Assembly (NCBI GenBank): GCA_050296315.1
Contig: JBNKRE010000006.1
Coordinates: forward strand, 89,760-153,759
DNA from: Halarcobacter sp.
Lineage (GTDB): Bacteria > Campylobacterota > Campylobacteria > Campylobacterales > Arcobacteraceae
Direction: 5' to 3'
Length of the DNA: 64,000 nucleotides
Position numbers and translations under genes: made by a program
The notes under the pieces: model-generated
What the model was told of the DNA's origin: nothing
The model's database searches: none
The model's input: the letters and a program-made list of their open reading frames with translations, nothing else
In this document: piece after piece, positions 47,269 through 57,363 of the stretch
Position numbering within the stretch: the first letter of the stretch is position 1
How the letters are laid out: the number at the start of each line of letters is the position of its first letter

Positions 47269-48069
47269 ATGAGCACAAATGAAAAATTTTTACAATTAGA
47301 AAATATAGATAAAACTTTTCCTCTTCCAGGTGGAAAAGTGTATAAAGCTGTTGTTGATGTAAATATTGATATTAAAAAAAATGAAATAATTTCTATTATT
47401 GGACATAGTGGATGTGGTAAAAGTACTTTACTAAATATGATAGCAGGACTTGATGAACAGACAGAGGGAAATATAATATTGAAGAATAAAGAGATTACAG
47501 GCCCAGGTCCCGAACGTGCAGTAGTATTTCAAAACCATTCGCTACTTCCTTGGTTAACTGTATATCAAAATATTGAGATGGCTGTGAAAAAAGTGATGCC
47601 TCAACTTTCTAGAACTGAATTGAAAGAAAGAGTTGAGTATTTTGTTTCAATGGTAAATTTAGATCATGCAAAAGAAAAATATCCTGGAGAGATTTCAGGT
47701 GGTATGAAACAAAGAGTTGGTATTGCAAGAGCATTATCAATAAAACCAGATGTTCTACTTATGGATGAACCTTTTGGTGCACTTGATTCTTTAACAAGAG
47801 CAAATCTTCAAGAGCACCTTATGAGAATACAACAAAGCGTAGAAAATACAGTTATTGTAATCACTCATGATGTAGATGAAGCAGTACTGTTAAGTGATAG
47901 AGTTATTATGATGACAAATGGTCCAGAAGCCACTATTGGAGAGATTTTAGAGGTAAATTTAGAAAGACCAAGAGATAGAGTAGCCTTACAAACAGACAAA
48001 GAGTATATTAGATGTAGAGAAGCTATATTAGACTTTTTATATAAAAAGTTTGCAAAAGATGATGAGTGA
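47269..48069 (+). CDS. nrtD: Nitrate ABC transporter ATP-binding protein
   Basis: GHSGCGKST, ISGGMKQR, LLMDEPFGALD, ITHD. Confidence 0.92.
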   Translation: MSTNEKFLQLENIDKTFPLPGGKVYKAVVDVNIDIKKNEIISIIGHSGCGKSTLLNMIAGLDEQTEGNIILKNKEITGPGPERAVVFQNHSLLPWLTVYQNIEMAVKKVMPQLSRTELKERVEYFVSMVNLDHAKEKYPGEISGGMKQRVGIARALSIKPDVLLMDEPFGALDSLTRANLQEHLMRIQQSVENTVIVITHDVDEAVLLSDRVIMMTNGPEATIGEILEVNLERPRDRVALQTDKEYIRCREAILDFLYKKFAKDDE

Positions 48070-48167
48070 AAATCATGAAATATTTTATAAAATTGAACTT
48101 ATATTTTTAAAAGATATTTATTGAAATTTTAAGAGTTTGAAGAAAAAAAGTTATGATAGTAGTTTTG

Positions 48168-48201
48168 GATGAATATATTATTTTAAAATAATATATTCAT
48201 C
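48168..48201. repeat. Perfect 34-bp palindrome across the lipoprotein stop codon
   Basis: GATGAATATATTATTTTAAAATAATATATTCATC equals its own reverse complement. Confidence 0.9.
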
Positions 48202-49152
48202 ATCATAATAGATTGTATCTCCAAGAGCAATTACTTTTTGTTCATTGTCAAAATCAAAATCATAGATTGTATCTTTTGAAAAGTCTTCAGGGATATTGAT
48301 TAGATAACCTTGCGATTCTAAAGCATATAATGAAGTACCATATGCAAGAGAATAGATTTTTGCATATTTATATTTTTTCTTAGCTAATTCGTTTAACGCA
48401 ATATCTAATTTCATAATTTGACCATCAATAGTAGCTATATAGATTGTAGCATCATGTACAATAATATCTCTTAGATCATAATCTTTGATATGTAAAGAAT
48501 TATTTCCTACAGAGATTATTTTGTTTGGTGTTGCAGCTATCAATGTATCATTTACAACATCCAAGAAAATGATATTGTTAAATTGTCCATCTGCATCAAC
48601 TACTATATTTTTTATAACTTTGTTATTACCTTGAGATACAATGACAATTTTCCCATCCAAAGTAGGGAATAGAATCAAGTTACTCATAAAATATGGATTA
48701 GCAATTCTTGTATCATTTACAAATGAGTGAGCAAAATATTCTCTTAGTAAAATTTTTTTTGTATCAGTATTTAATAATTGTATTGAGTTATCTGAAAACA
48801 AAAGTGCTAATAGATTTTTTTGTAAGGTAGCTGCTACTACAACCCCACCAACTTCATATGTTTGATTTTCAATCATTACTTTATCTTTATAGTTAGAAGT
48901 GATCACTTTATCATCACTAATATTTAAAAAGTTGTACCCTTCTTTTATTTTAAACTTTGATACACCCCTTTTTGTGATGATTTCACCACTATCTAGTGTT
49001 GCACCATCTTTATTCATAGAGATAATATCACCATTTAATGATGCAGTTGTATTATTATAATCCCCTACAGTGTTCTCTGGTTCATAAAACTCTTTTCCAG
49101 AACATCCTGCAAAAATAAATATAGTTAAAATTAATGTTAATAAATATCTCAT
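48178..49152 (-). CDS. Lipoprotein, beta-rich (possible beta-propeller)
   Basis: Lipobox FAGC (Cys17); repeated xxxT(L/I)DGxIxxx blade-like motifs. Confidence 0.8.
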   Translation of the reverse strand: MRYLLTLILTIFIFAGCSGKEFYEPENTVGDYNNTTASLNGDIISMNKDGATLDSGEIITKRGVSKFKIKEGYNFLNISDDKVITSNYKDKVMIENQTYEVGGVVVAATLQKNLLALLFSDNSIQLLNTDTKKILLREYFAHSFVNDTRIANPYFMSNLILFPTLDGKIVIVSQGNNKVIKNIVVDADGQFNNIIFLDVVNDTLIAATPNKIISVGNNSLHIKDYDLRDIIVHDATIYIATIDGQIMKLDIALNELAKKKYKYAKIYSLAYGTSLYALESQGYLINIPEDFSKDTIYDFDFDNEQKVIALGDTIYYDDEYIILK

Positions 49153-49164
49153 ATAAAATCCTTA

Positions 49165-49734
49165 CTATTTTGTAACTAAATAGTGTTTTAGTATATTTGC
49201 TAAATTACTTACTTGCGAGTTTTCAGGGATTAGTTTTAAAGCAACTTTAGCATCTTCATATTTCCCTTGTTTTGTTAAAAGAAGTGCTTTATTAAATATT
49301 GCAAACTCTTTTAATAAAAAATCATTTTGCATAGACAAAGAGTTTAGCTTTGCAATATTATTATTATCTAATGCTTTTTCATATTCTGATATTTCTTTTA
49401 AATATTTTACTTGAATATTATAATCTTTATCTTCCATAAATTTAGCAACTTGAAATAGTTGTTCATTTTTTTCTTTTAGGGTGTTTAAAGCATTAGTATC
49501 TTTAGGATTTTCTAAAACTTTTGAAAAAGCAATGTTAGCATCAAGTTTATTACTTGATTGGATATATTTAGTAACATATAATCCAATTATAACACCAAGA
49601 GCAATTATAATTGCTAAAACAATAATCATTTTATTTTTTTTATAAAATCTTTCTACTTTTACAAAACTTTCTAAAAACTTTTCTTCACTACTTATTTCAC
49701 CTTTAACATAATCAACATTATCTTTAAGACTCAT
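49165..49734 (-). CDS. Single-TM TPR-like protein, YfgM-like
   Basis: Acidic N-terminus, one TM, helical repeats ending KALLLTKQGKYEDAKVAL. Confidence 0.7.
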   Translation of the reverse strand: MSLKDNVDYVKGEISSEEKFLESFVKVERFYKKNKMIIVLAIIIALGVIIGLYVTKYIQSSNKLDANIAFSKVLENPKDTNALNTLKEKNEQLFQVAKFMEDKDYNIQVKYLKEISEYEKALDNNNIAKLNSLSMQNDFLLKEFAIFNKALLLTKQGKYEDAKVALKLIPENSQVSNLANILKHYLVTK

Positions 49735-49846
49735 ACAAAACCTTCTTTAAAAATTAGGCTTAAATGATACAAAAAAAATGATAAAATCTTACTTTTATAT
49801 AAAATTTTATATAATACCACCTCTTATAATATAAGAAAGGTAGATA

Positions 49847-51151
49847 ATGAATAAATTTTTATTGATAACGTCATTAGTTCTATTTTTATCTCAATCACTT
49901 ACTGCAAATGAGAGTGTAAATGAGACTGAAAAAGATAAAAACTTGAGTAGATTTGAGTCTTTGTCAAAACTAACACAAGTTATTGGAACTGTTGAAAAAT
50001 ATTATGTTGATGATATAGAACTAGAACAAATAGTAGAAAAAGCTCTAAAAGGTTTAATGCAAGAACTTGATGCACATTCATCATATCTTGATAAAAAATC
50101 AACAAAAGAGATGAGTATTCAAACGCAAGGTGAGTTTGGAGGTTTAGGTATAACTGTTGGTATGAGAGATGGAGCTATTAGTGTTATTTCTCCAATTGAT
50201 GATACTCCTGCGTATAAAGCAGGGATGAAAGCAGGTGATATAATTTTAAAGATTGATGATGCATCGACGTTGAATATGACTCTTGACGAAGCTGTATCTT
50301 TAATGAGAGGGAAACCTAAAACACCAATTGAACTTACAGTTGTAAGAAAAGGTGAAAATAAACCTCTTAAAATTGATATTGTCAGAGATATTATAAAAAT
50401 ACAATCAGTTTTTGCTAAAACTATTGAAAAAGAAGATTTACTATATTTAAGAGTTTCTAGTTTTGATAGAAAAGTAACAAGAGATTTGCGAAAAGCTATA
50501 AAAGATAATCCAAAAGTAAAAGGGATAATTTTAGATTTAAGGAATAATCCTGGGGGATTATTAACCCAAGCAATTGGTGCTGTTGATTTATTTGTTGATA
50601 GTGGAGTAATAGTATCTCAAAAAGGTAGAGAAGCTACTGATGAGGAAAAATTTAGTGCAAAACCTTCAAATACAGTTACTAAAGTGCCTTTAGTAGTATT
50701 AGTAAATAGTGGTTCTGCATCTGCTTCTGAGATTGTAAGTGGTGCTTTGCAAGATCATAAAAGAGCAGTAATTGTTGGTGAAAAGACATTTGGAAAAGGT
50801 TCTGTTCAAGCGGTATTACCGATTACGCAAGATAGAAGCGAAAATATAAAATTAACAATTGCAAAATATTATTTACCAAGTGGTAGAACTATTCAAGCAA
50901 AAGGAATTACACCTGATGTATTTGCCTATCCAGGTGAGAGTGTAACAGCTGACGATAATGATTTCAAAATTAAAGAAGCAGATTTAAAGAAACATTTAGA
51001 AGTTGAACTTGAAAAAGATAATGGTGTAAAAAATAAAAAAATTGAAGTAAAAGATAATAAAATTATTTTGCAAGAGGATGTAGCAAAAGATAATCAGTTA
51101 TCTATTGCAATAGGTATTTTAAAATCATTAATAATCATTAATAAAAATTAG
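49847..51151 (+). CDS. ctpA: Carboxy-terminal processing protease (S41) with PDZ domain
   Basis: LDAHSSY, GEFGGLG, ILDLRNNPGGLL, SASASEIVSG, KTFGKGSVQ. Confidence 0.95.
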   Translation: MNKFLLITSLVLFLSQSLTANESVNETEKDKNLSRFESLSKLTQVIGTVEKYYVDDIELEQIVEKALKGLMQELDAHSSYLDKKSTKEMSIQTQGEFGGLGITVGMRDGAISVISPIDDTPAYKAGMKAGDIILKIDDASTLNMTLDEAVSLMRGKPKTPIELTVVRKGENKPLKIDIVRDIIKIQSVFAKTIEKEDLLYLRVSSFDRKVTRDLRKAIKDNPKVKGIILDLRNNPGGLLTQAIGAVDLFVDSGVIVSQKGREATDEEKFSAKPSNTVTKVPLVVLVNSGSASASEIVSGALQDHKRAVIVGEKTFGKGSVQAVLPITQDRSENIKLTIAKYYLPSGRTIQAKGITPDVFAYPGESVTADDNDFKIKEADLKKHLEVELEKDNGVKNKKIEVKDNKIILQEDVAKDNQLSIAIGILKSLIIINKN

Positions 51152-51159
51152 GAGATTAG

Positions 51160-52113
51160 ATGAAAATAAGTGATATTGTAGCACTTGGTCTTTGGCCAGA
51201 GTCAAAGAAAACTACAACACAAAAAGGTATATCAGAGCTTGAAGATCTAGGATATAACTTATTTTATATTGGAAAAAATGCAGATCTTTATACATGTCCA
51301 GGGGATGAAGCAAAAGTTTTATTAGTTAGAAGTGATAGATGTTCTGTATTTGATATTCCTTTAAATCTTGAAATTGAAGGCAAAGGTGTTTCTCAAACAG
51401 CTATTTCAAATAATGGTGCTAAATTTGCAAAAGAAGCAGGTATTAGAACAGCAATTTTAGATGAGAGTATTAACCCATCTTTAAATGTTGCTCCAAGATG
51501 TCAGTTTATGGAGTTATGTAAACCTCTTGAAGCTGAGATTGATGGTGATATTGTACAATTTGAGTTTATTTTTAGAAACTATTTAACTGGTTCTCTTTAT
51601 GATGCTTGTCAAAATGGAAAAGATCCTTATGGCTTAGAATTAACTAGTGATTTACCACAATGGCATAAATTTGAAACACCTATTTTTACACCAACAACAA
51701 AAGGGATTAAAGATGAGCCTTTAAATTCTCAAATTGTTAGAGAAAAATTCCCTGAGATTATCTCTAGTATGGAAAAAATATTTAAAGATTTTACAAAGTT
51801 TGCAGAAGATAATGGGATCATTATTGTTGATACAAAATTTGAAATTTTTATTAATTCAAAAGGTGAATGGGTTTTAGGTGATGAAGTTTTAACTCCTGAA
51901 AGTTCAAGATTTATTTCAAAAGAGGATTTTAATGCAGGTAATTATATCTCTATGGATAAACAAATTTTAAGAGACTTTGGAAAAGAACAAAACTGGAAAG
52001 AGCAAGCAAAAAGTTTAAAACCAGGGGAAAAATTGGAAGTAAATGTTCCTCAAGAAATAAAAGATAAAATTTTAAATGGGTATACAACGATACTTGAAAG
52101 GTTAAGCAAATAA
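51160..52113 (+). CDS. purC: SAICAR synthetase, long (Ade1-like) form
   Basis: SDRCSVFD, RNYLTGS, PIFTPTTK, DTKFE, DEVLTPESSRF, DKQILRD. Confidence 0.92.
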   Translation: MKISDIVALGLWPESKKTTTQKGISELEDLGYNLFYIGKNADLYTCPGDEAKVLLVRSDRCSVFDIPLNLEIEGKGVSQTAISNNGAKFAKEAGIRTAILDESINPSLNVAPRCQFMELCKPLEAEIDGDIVQFEFIFRNYLTGSLYDACQNGKDPYGLELTSDLPQWHKFETPIFTPTTKGIKDEPLNSQIVREKFPEIISSMEKIFKDFTKFAEDNGIIIVDTKFEIFINSKGEWVLGDEVLTPESSRFISKEDFNAGNYISMDKQILRDFGKEQNWKEQAKSLKPGEKLEVNVPQEIKDKILNGYTTILERLSK

Positions 52114-52171
52114 GCTTAACCGCTAAGCTAGTTTTAGATATAATCGCAAAAAAATTAATTGAAGGTAATAA

Positions 52172-52417
52172 ATGAAAGCAATTGTAAATGTAGCATTAAA
52201 ACAAGGTGTATTAGATGATCAAGGTAAAGCAACGCACCACGCTTTAGATACATTGGGTTTTAAAAATATCATAAAAGATGTAAGAATTGGTAAACAAATT
52301 ATTTTGGAACTAAATGCAGTAAATGAAGAAGAGGCAAAAGCTGAAGTTACTAAAATGTGTGAAAAACTTCTTGCTAATACAGTAATTGAAGATTACAATA
52401 TTGAAATTATAGGTTAG
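52172..52417 (+). CDS. purS: FGAM synthase subunit PurS
   Basis: LKQGVLDDQGKA, VRIGK, LLANTVIEDY. Confidence 0.95.
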   Translation: MKAIVNVALKQGVLDDQGKATHHALDTLGFKNIIKDVRIGKQIILELNAVNEEEAKAEVTKMCEKLLANTVIEDYNIEIIG

Positions 52418-52421
52418 TAAT

Positions 52422-53093
52422 ATGAATGTAGCTGTATTACAATTTCCTGGAACAAATTGTGAATATGATACTAAGTATGCTTTTGAGATGCTTGGCTGTG
52501 ATGTTACAATTGTTTGGCATAAAGATACGAAACTTCCAGAAAATATTGATTTATTAGTTATCCCTGGTGGATTTTCGTATGGAGACTATTTAAGAAGTGG
52601 AGCAATTGCAAGATTTGCGAATATTATGAACTCTGTTCAAGCGTATGCTGCAAATGGTGGAAAAGTTTTAGGTATTTGTAATGGTTTTCAAATTTTACTT
52701 GAAGCTGGGCTTTTACCTGGTGCTATGAAAAGAAATGATTCTTTACATTTTATTTCAAAATTTAACCATCTAAAAGTGGTAAATAACGATAATATCTTTT
52801 TATCAAAACTTAAAAAAGATGATGTTGTAAATATCCCTGTTGCGCACCATGATGGAAACTATTATATTGATGAAGCAGGATTAAAAGAACTTGAACAAAA
52901 TGGTCAAATATTATTAAAATATTGTGATGAAGCAGGTAAAACAATTAATCTAAATGGTTCAGTTTCAAATATTGCAGGAATTTGCAATAAAGAGAAAAAT
53001 GTATTTGGACTTATGCCTCATCCAGAACGAGCAATGGAAGAAGTTCTAGGTTGTTCAGATGGAATGGCTATGTTAAAAGGGTTCTTAAAATAG
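52422..53093 (+). CDS. purQ: FGAM synthase glutaminase subunit PurQ
   Basis: FPGTNC, GGFSYGDYLR, GICNGFQIL, MPHPER. Confidence 0.97.
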   Translation: MNVAVLQFPGTNCEYDTKYAFEMLGCDVTIVWHKDTKLPENIDLLVIPGGFSYGDYLRSGAIARFANIMNSVQAYAANGGKVLGICNGFQILLEAGLLPGAMKRNDSLHFISKFNHLKVVNNDNIFLSKLKKDDVVNIPVAHHDGNYYIDEAGLKELEQNGQILLKYCDEAGKTINLNGSVSNIAGICNKEKNVFGLMPHPERAMEEVLGCSDGMAMLKGFLK

Positions 53094-54253
53094 TGAAAAA
53101 ACTATTATTACTATTTTGTATTTTATTAAACATTTTATTTGCTAATAATGATTTTATTAGTGATGAGAGTTCAGTATTTGATCAAAATAGTAATAGTAAT
53201 GGACAGGTTATAGAATCTCAAGATTATGCAGACTCAAAAAACCTTTATCTATCTTATATAAATTATCCCAAAAATGTATACAAAAATCAAAGATATGAAA
53301 TAAAAGTAAAAGCTTTAATAACTAGAGATAATTTCACTAAAATAGTTGCTACTTTTGTAAATAGTTTAAATATAGAGCCTTTAAATCCTGAGCAAGAATG
53401 GTTAGCTATAGAGAATCAAAATAATAGTTTTGAAAATACATTTTATTTTAAATCTTATGACAAAAATTTTAGATTACCAGATATTATGGTTAGTTTGTAC
53501 AATAATGAACAATTAGTTGAACAAAGAGTATTACCTTCACCCGAAATTACCTTTTTAGATATTGCAAAAGGGGATAAGAAATTTTCAAATATTATTGCTA
53601 GTAAATTAACAATAATTGATTCAAAAAGTAAACAATATACAAATAAAGAAGCTTTAACTGTTATAGATATTCAAGGATTAAATTCAAACTTGGAAGACTT
53701 TAAAATTGCAGGTTTTAAAGAACAAGGAATTACTTTAATAGAAGATGAATATCCAAAACAACATATGATATATTATGTTGTGATTCCAATTCATACAAAA
53801 TCGATAGTTTTCAACTATTTTAATACTTTGACAAATAGATTAGAAAAAGTTACACTTAATATAAAATTTGATGAAGAGTTAGTAAGTACACAAACAGATT
53901 TAAACCCTAATAATTCAAATTTTGAGTTTTATAAAAAAATCATTGTGGCTATTATTGCTTTAGTTTTTTTGATTCTTTTTATTTGGAAAAGAAATTATAT
54001 ATATATTATATTGTTTTTAATCTCTTTGATCTTTTTTATAATTTTTATGATGCCAAATAAAACTATAGGCTTAAAGCCAAATAGTGTAATCTATATTTTA
54101 CCTACAAAAAATTCTACAATATTTCAAAAAACAACAGAAGCTATAAATGTAGAAGATATGAAAAGAAAAAATGGCTTTGTAAAAGTTATGTTTAGAAGTG
54201 GTGAAAACAAATATATAGGATGGGTAAAAGAGCAAGATGTTAGCAAGAATTAG
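53093..54253 (+). CDS. Exported protein with C-terminal TM and SH3-like tail (hypothetical)
   Basis: GTG start at 53093 gives signal peptide MKKLLLLFCILLNILFA; TM near C-terminus; ends YIGWVKE. Confidence 0.8.
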   Translation: MKKLLLLFCILLNILFANNDFISDESSVFDQNSNSNGQVIESQDYADSKNLYLSYINYPKNVYKNQRYEIKVKALITRDNFTKIVATFVNSLNIEPLNPEQEWLAIENQNNSFENTFYFKSYDKNFRLPDIMVSLYNNEQLVEQRVLPSPEITFLDIAKGDKKFSNIIASKLTIIDSKSKQYTNKEALTVIDIQGLNSNLEDFKIAGFKEQGITLIEDEYPKQHMIYYVVIPIHTKSIVFNYFNTLTNRLEKVTLNIKFDEELVSTQTDLNPNNSNFEFYKKIIVAIIALVFLILFIWKRNYIYIILFLISLIFFIIFMMPNKTIGLKPNSVIYILPTKNSTIFQKTTEAINVEDMKRKNGFVKVMFRSGENKYIGWVKEQDVSKN

Positions 54254-54920
54254 AGGTTTTATTGTATTAATACAATTTTCTATTACAGTTGGAATTGTAA
54301 TTGTATTTATGTATGCTTTTAGAAATCATACTCATAAAGTAATCAAAACTTGGATGAAAATACAAATGTATCTTTTAGGTATAAAACTAGAAGAACATGG
54401 AAAACTAGATCCTTCATGCGATATGGTTGTTTTAAATCATCAAAGTATATTAGATATTATAGTAATGGAATATATTCATCCTAGAGATTTGGCTTGGATT
54501 GCAAAAAAAGAGATTACAAATTTAATCTTTTTTGGTCATATTATTAAAGCTCCAAGAATGATATCTGTTGATAGAGAAGATAAAGCTGGAATTATATCTT
54601 TATTGAAAGAGTGTAAAGATAGACTTTCAAAAGGTAGACCAATAGCCTTATTCCCTGAAGGAACTAGAAGTAGTGGTAAAAAAATGTTACCATTCAAACC
54701 AGGTGCTAAAATGATTGCAAATAAATTTAATCTAAAAATCCAGCCAGCAATTATATTAAACACAAGACATATACTAGATTCAAAAAGTTTAAAACAAACA
54801 CCTGGTATTGTAAAAGTAATCTATCTAGAACCTGTACAAGCTGATAAAAAAACAGATTGGTTTGAAAAGCTTGAAGAGGATATGAATAGAGTATTTGAAG
54901 AAGAGATAGAAAAACTATGA
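54237..54920 (+). CDS. plsC: 1-acyl-sn-glycerol-3-phosphate acyltransferase
   Basis: NHQSILD, AKKE, FPEGTRS, PFKPGA. Confidence 0.94.
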   Translation: MLARIRGFIVLIQFSITVGIVIVFMYAFRNHTHKVIKTWMKIQMYLLGIKLEEHGKLDPSCDMVVLNHQSILDIIVMEYIHPRDLAWIAKKEITNLIFFGHIIKAPRMISVDREDKAGIISLLKECKDRLSKGRPIALFPEGTRSSGKKMLPFKPGAKMIANKFNLKIQPAIILNTRHILDSKSLKQTPGIVKVIYLEPVQADKKTDWFEKLEEDMNRVFEEEIEKL

Positions 54921-55303
54921 CATTATCTTGGCAAACTCTATTAGCTGTAGGACTTGGAGGCTTTTTAGGTGCAATTGCCAGAGCATATACTGTACATATT
55001 GTAAATAGACTTTATCCATATGAATTCCCTGTGGGGATACTTTTAGTAAATGTTATAGGTAGTTTTATTATAGGTGTGATGTTTGCTATTTTTTTACATT
55101 ATAATTTACCTGATAATCTTAAATCATTTATAACTACTGGCTTTTTAGGAGCTTTAACTACATATTCAACTTTTGCCATTGAGAGTTTCTTTTTACTTCA
55201 AACTTCAATTGTATTGGGATTGACAAATATGGCATTAAATCTATTCGGTACCATTTTAGCCGCTGCTAGTGGTTATAAACTTATACACTTTTTTATAAAA
55301 TAG
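54917..55303 (+). CDS. crcB: Fluoride efflux channel
   Basis: GGFLGAIAR, PVGILLVNVIGSF, TGFLGALTTYSTF. Confidence 0.95.
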   Translation: MTLSWQTLLAVGLGGFLGAIARAYTVHIVNRLYPYEFPVGILLVNVIGSFIIGVMFAIFLHYNLPDNLKSFITTGFLGALTTYSTFAIESFFLLQTSIVLGLTNMALNLFGTILAAASGYKLIHFFIK

Positions 55304-55397
55304 CCTAATTATAGATTTGGCAAATTAAAATCAAGAAATTTTATTTAAGCTTCAAAAAGATATAATAATTCCTAAAATTCAAGAATAAGGATTTCAT

Positions 55398-55628
55398 ATG
55401 AGTATGCCTGGTGGTATGGAATGGGTATTAATAGCTTTGGTTGTATTATTGCTTTTTGGTGGGAAGAAAATTCCAGAGTTAGCAAAAGGTTTAGGTAGTG
55501 GTATCAAAAACTTCAAAAAAGCTGTAAAAGATGATGAAGAAGAAGTGGCTTCAACTGATAAAAATGAAGAGATAGAAAAAAAAGCTGAAACAAAAACAGA
55601 AGAAAAAAACGAAAATAAGACTGTATAG
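55398..55628 (+). CDS. tatA: Twin-arginine translocase subunit TatA
   Basis: [25 protein letters not shown]. Confidence 0.95.
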   Translation: MSMPGGMEWVLIALVVLLLFGGKKIPELAKGLGSGIKNFKKAVKDDEEEVASTDKNEEIEKKAETKTEEKNENKTV

Positions 55629-55639
55629 GGATTTATATA

Positions 55640-57229
55640 TTGCAGAAACAAGTAAAAGATTTTATTGAAAAAGTTCTACAGACACAAATAGTTTTAGAAA
55701 AACCCAAAGATATTGCACTTGGGCATTTTGCAACGCCAGTTGCATTCTCTTTAGCAAAGGAGTTAAGAAAATCTCCTATGGTAATTGCAGAAGAGTTAGT
55801 ATCTAAATTTGAAGATTGTGAAATGTTTGAGAAAGTTGAAGCTATAAAGGGTTTTATAAACTTTAAGCTTTCAAAAACTTATTTACAAAACTTATCAAAA
55901 GAAGCATTAAATGCAAATGATAGTTTTGCAAAAAGCGATGAGAAAAAAGAGAAAATTCTCTTAGAATATGTAAGTGCAAATCCAACTGGACCTTTACATA
56001 TTGGACATGCAAGAGGTGCAATCTTAGGAGATACCCTTGCTAGAGTTGGACGACATATTGGTTATGATATTACAACAGAATATTATGTAAATGATGCTGG
56101 TGCACAGATGGATATGTTAGGTTTATCGGTATCATTAGCTGGAAGAGATTTTATACTAAAAGAGGATGTAGAATATCCTGAAAAATATTATAGAGGTGAA
56201 TATCTAGTTGATATAGCACAAAAAATCTATGATACTCATGGAGCAGAAATATTCCATGATGAATCAAGATTTAGAGAGATGGCTGATTTTGCAAAAGAGA
56301 TAGTTATGAAGATTATCATAGCTGACTTAAAAGATTTAGGTATAGAGTTTGATAACTTTATTTCAGAAGCTTCTTTATATGATGCGTGGCTTGAAACAAA
56401 AGCTTTATTACTAGAAAATGGTTCTTTATATACAAAAGAGGATAAACTTTTTTTAAAATCAACACTACATGGGGATGACTCAGATAGAGTAGTTGTTCGA
56501 GAAAATGGAATTCCAACATATCTAGCTGGAGATATCATCTATCATAAAAATAAATTTGACAGAGGTTATGATCATTATATAAATATTTGGGGAGCTGATC
56601 ACCATGGATATATAAAAAGAGTACATGCTGCAATAGAATTTTTAGGTAATAGTTCTGATAAATTGGAAGTTTTATTATCTCAAATGGTTCAATTACTAAA
56701 AGGTGGTGAACCTTATAAAATGAGTAAAAGAGCAGGTAATGTAATCCTAATGTCAGATGTGGTTGAAGAGATTGGACCTGATGCTTTAAGATTTGTGTTT
56801 TTAACTAAAAAAAGTGATACTCACTTGGAGTTTGATATTGATAAATTAAAAAATCAAGATAGCTCAAATCCAATATTTTATATAAATTACGCATATGCAA
56901 GAATAAATCAAGTATTTAAAAAAGCTGAAAAATCTTTTGCTGATGTGATAGATATATCATATGAAAAGTTAAATGACGATGCTTTAAATTTAGTATATGA
57001 ATCTTTATTATTACCATCAATATTAGATGAAGCATTTCTAAAAAGAGATATGCAAAAAATAACAGATTATTTATACTTTTTAGCATCTTCAATTCATAAG
57101 TTTTATAATGAATATAAAATTGTTGGTTCAGATCAAGAATTAGAGTATTTAAAGGTTTTAAGTTTAAGTGCATTAAGTATCAAAGTAGGATTAAACTTAT
57201 TAGGAATAAAGGTAAAGGAGTCTATGTAA
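55640..57229 (+). CDS. argS: Arginine--tRNA ligase
   Basis: EYVSANPTGPLHIGH, GADHHGY, KMSKRAG, YINYAYAR. Confidence 0.98.
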   Translation: MQKQVKDFIEKVLQTQIVLEKPKDIALGHFATPVAFSLAKELRKSPMVIAEELVSKFEDCEMFEKVEAIKGFINFKLSKTYLQNLSKEALNANDSFAKSDEKKEKILLEYVSANPTGPLHIGHARGAILGDTLARVGRHIGYDITTEYYVNDAGAQMDMLGLSVSLAGRDFILKEDVEYPEKYYRGEYLVDIAQKIYDTHGAEIFHDESRFREMADFAKEIVMKIIIADLKDLGIEFDNFISEASLYDAWLETKALLLENGSLYTKEDKLFLKSTLHGDDSDRVVVRENGIPTYLAGDIIYHKNKFDRGYDHYINIWGADHHGYIKRVHAAIEFLGNSSDKLEVLLSQMVQLLKGGEPYKMSKRAGNVILMSDVVEEIGPDALRFVFLTKKSDTHLEFDIDKLKNQDSSNPIFYINYAYARINQVFKKAEKSFADVIDISYEKLNDDALNLVYESLLLPSILDEAFLKRDMQKITDYLYFLASSIHKFYNEYKIVGSDQELEYLKVLSLSALSIKVGLNLLGIKVKESM

Positions 57230-57363
57230 TGAAGTGGTTTATAATTATTTTTGTAATCGTTATAGGTATTGCAATATCAACTGGATATATGGGTGGAGCA
57301 AAAGATGCAGCTAGTAATTATAATAAACTTTTAACAGGGAAACCAGCTTCTGGAGAGAAGTAG
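57229..57363 (+). CDS. 44-aa single-TM microprotein (not in ORF track)
   Basis: MKWFIIIFVIVIGIAISTGYMGGAKDAASNYNKLLTGKPASGEK; AAGGAG 8 nt upstream; TAATG overlap with argS. Confidence 0.7.
   Translation: MKWFIIIFVIVIGIAISTGYMGGAKDAASNYNKLLTGKPASGEK

Noticed and set aside
54880-54917. Fluoride riboswitch before crcB
   Set aside because: crcB overlaps plsC; no leader and no riboswitch consensus
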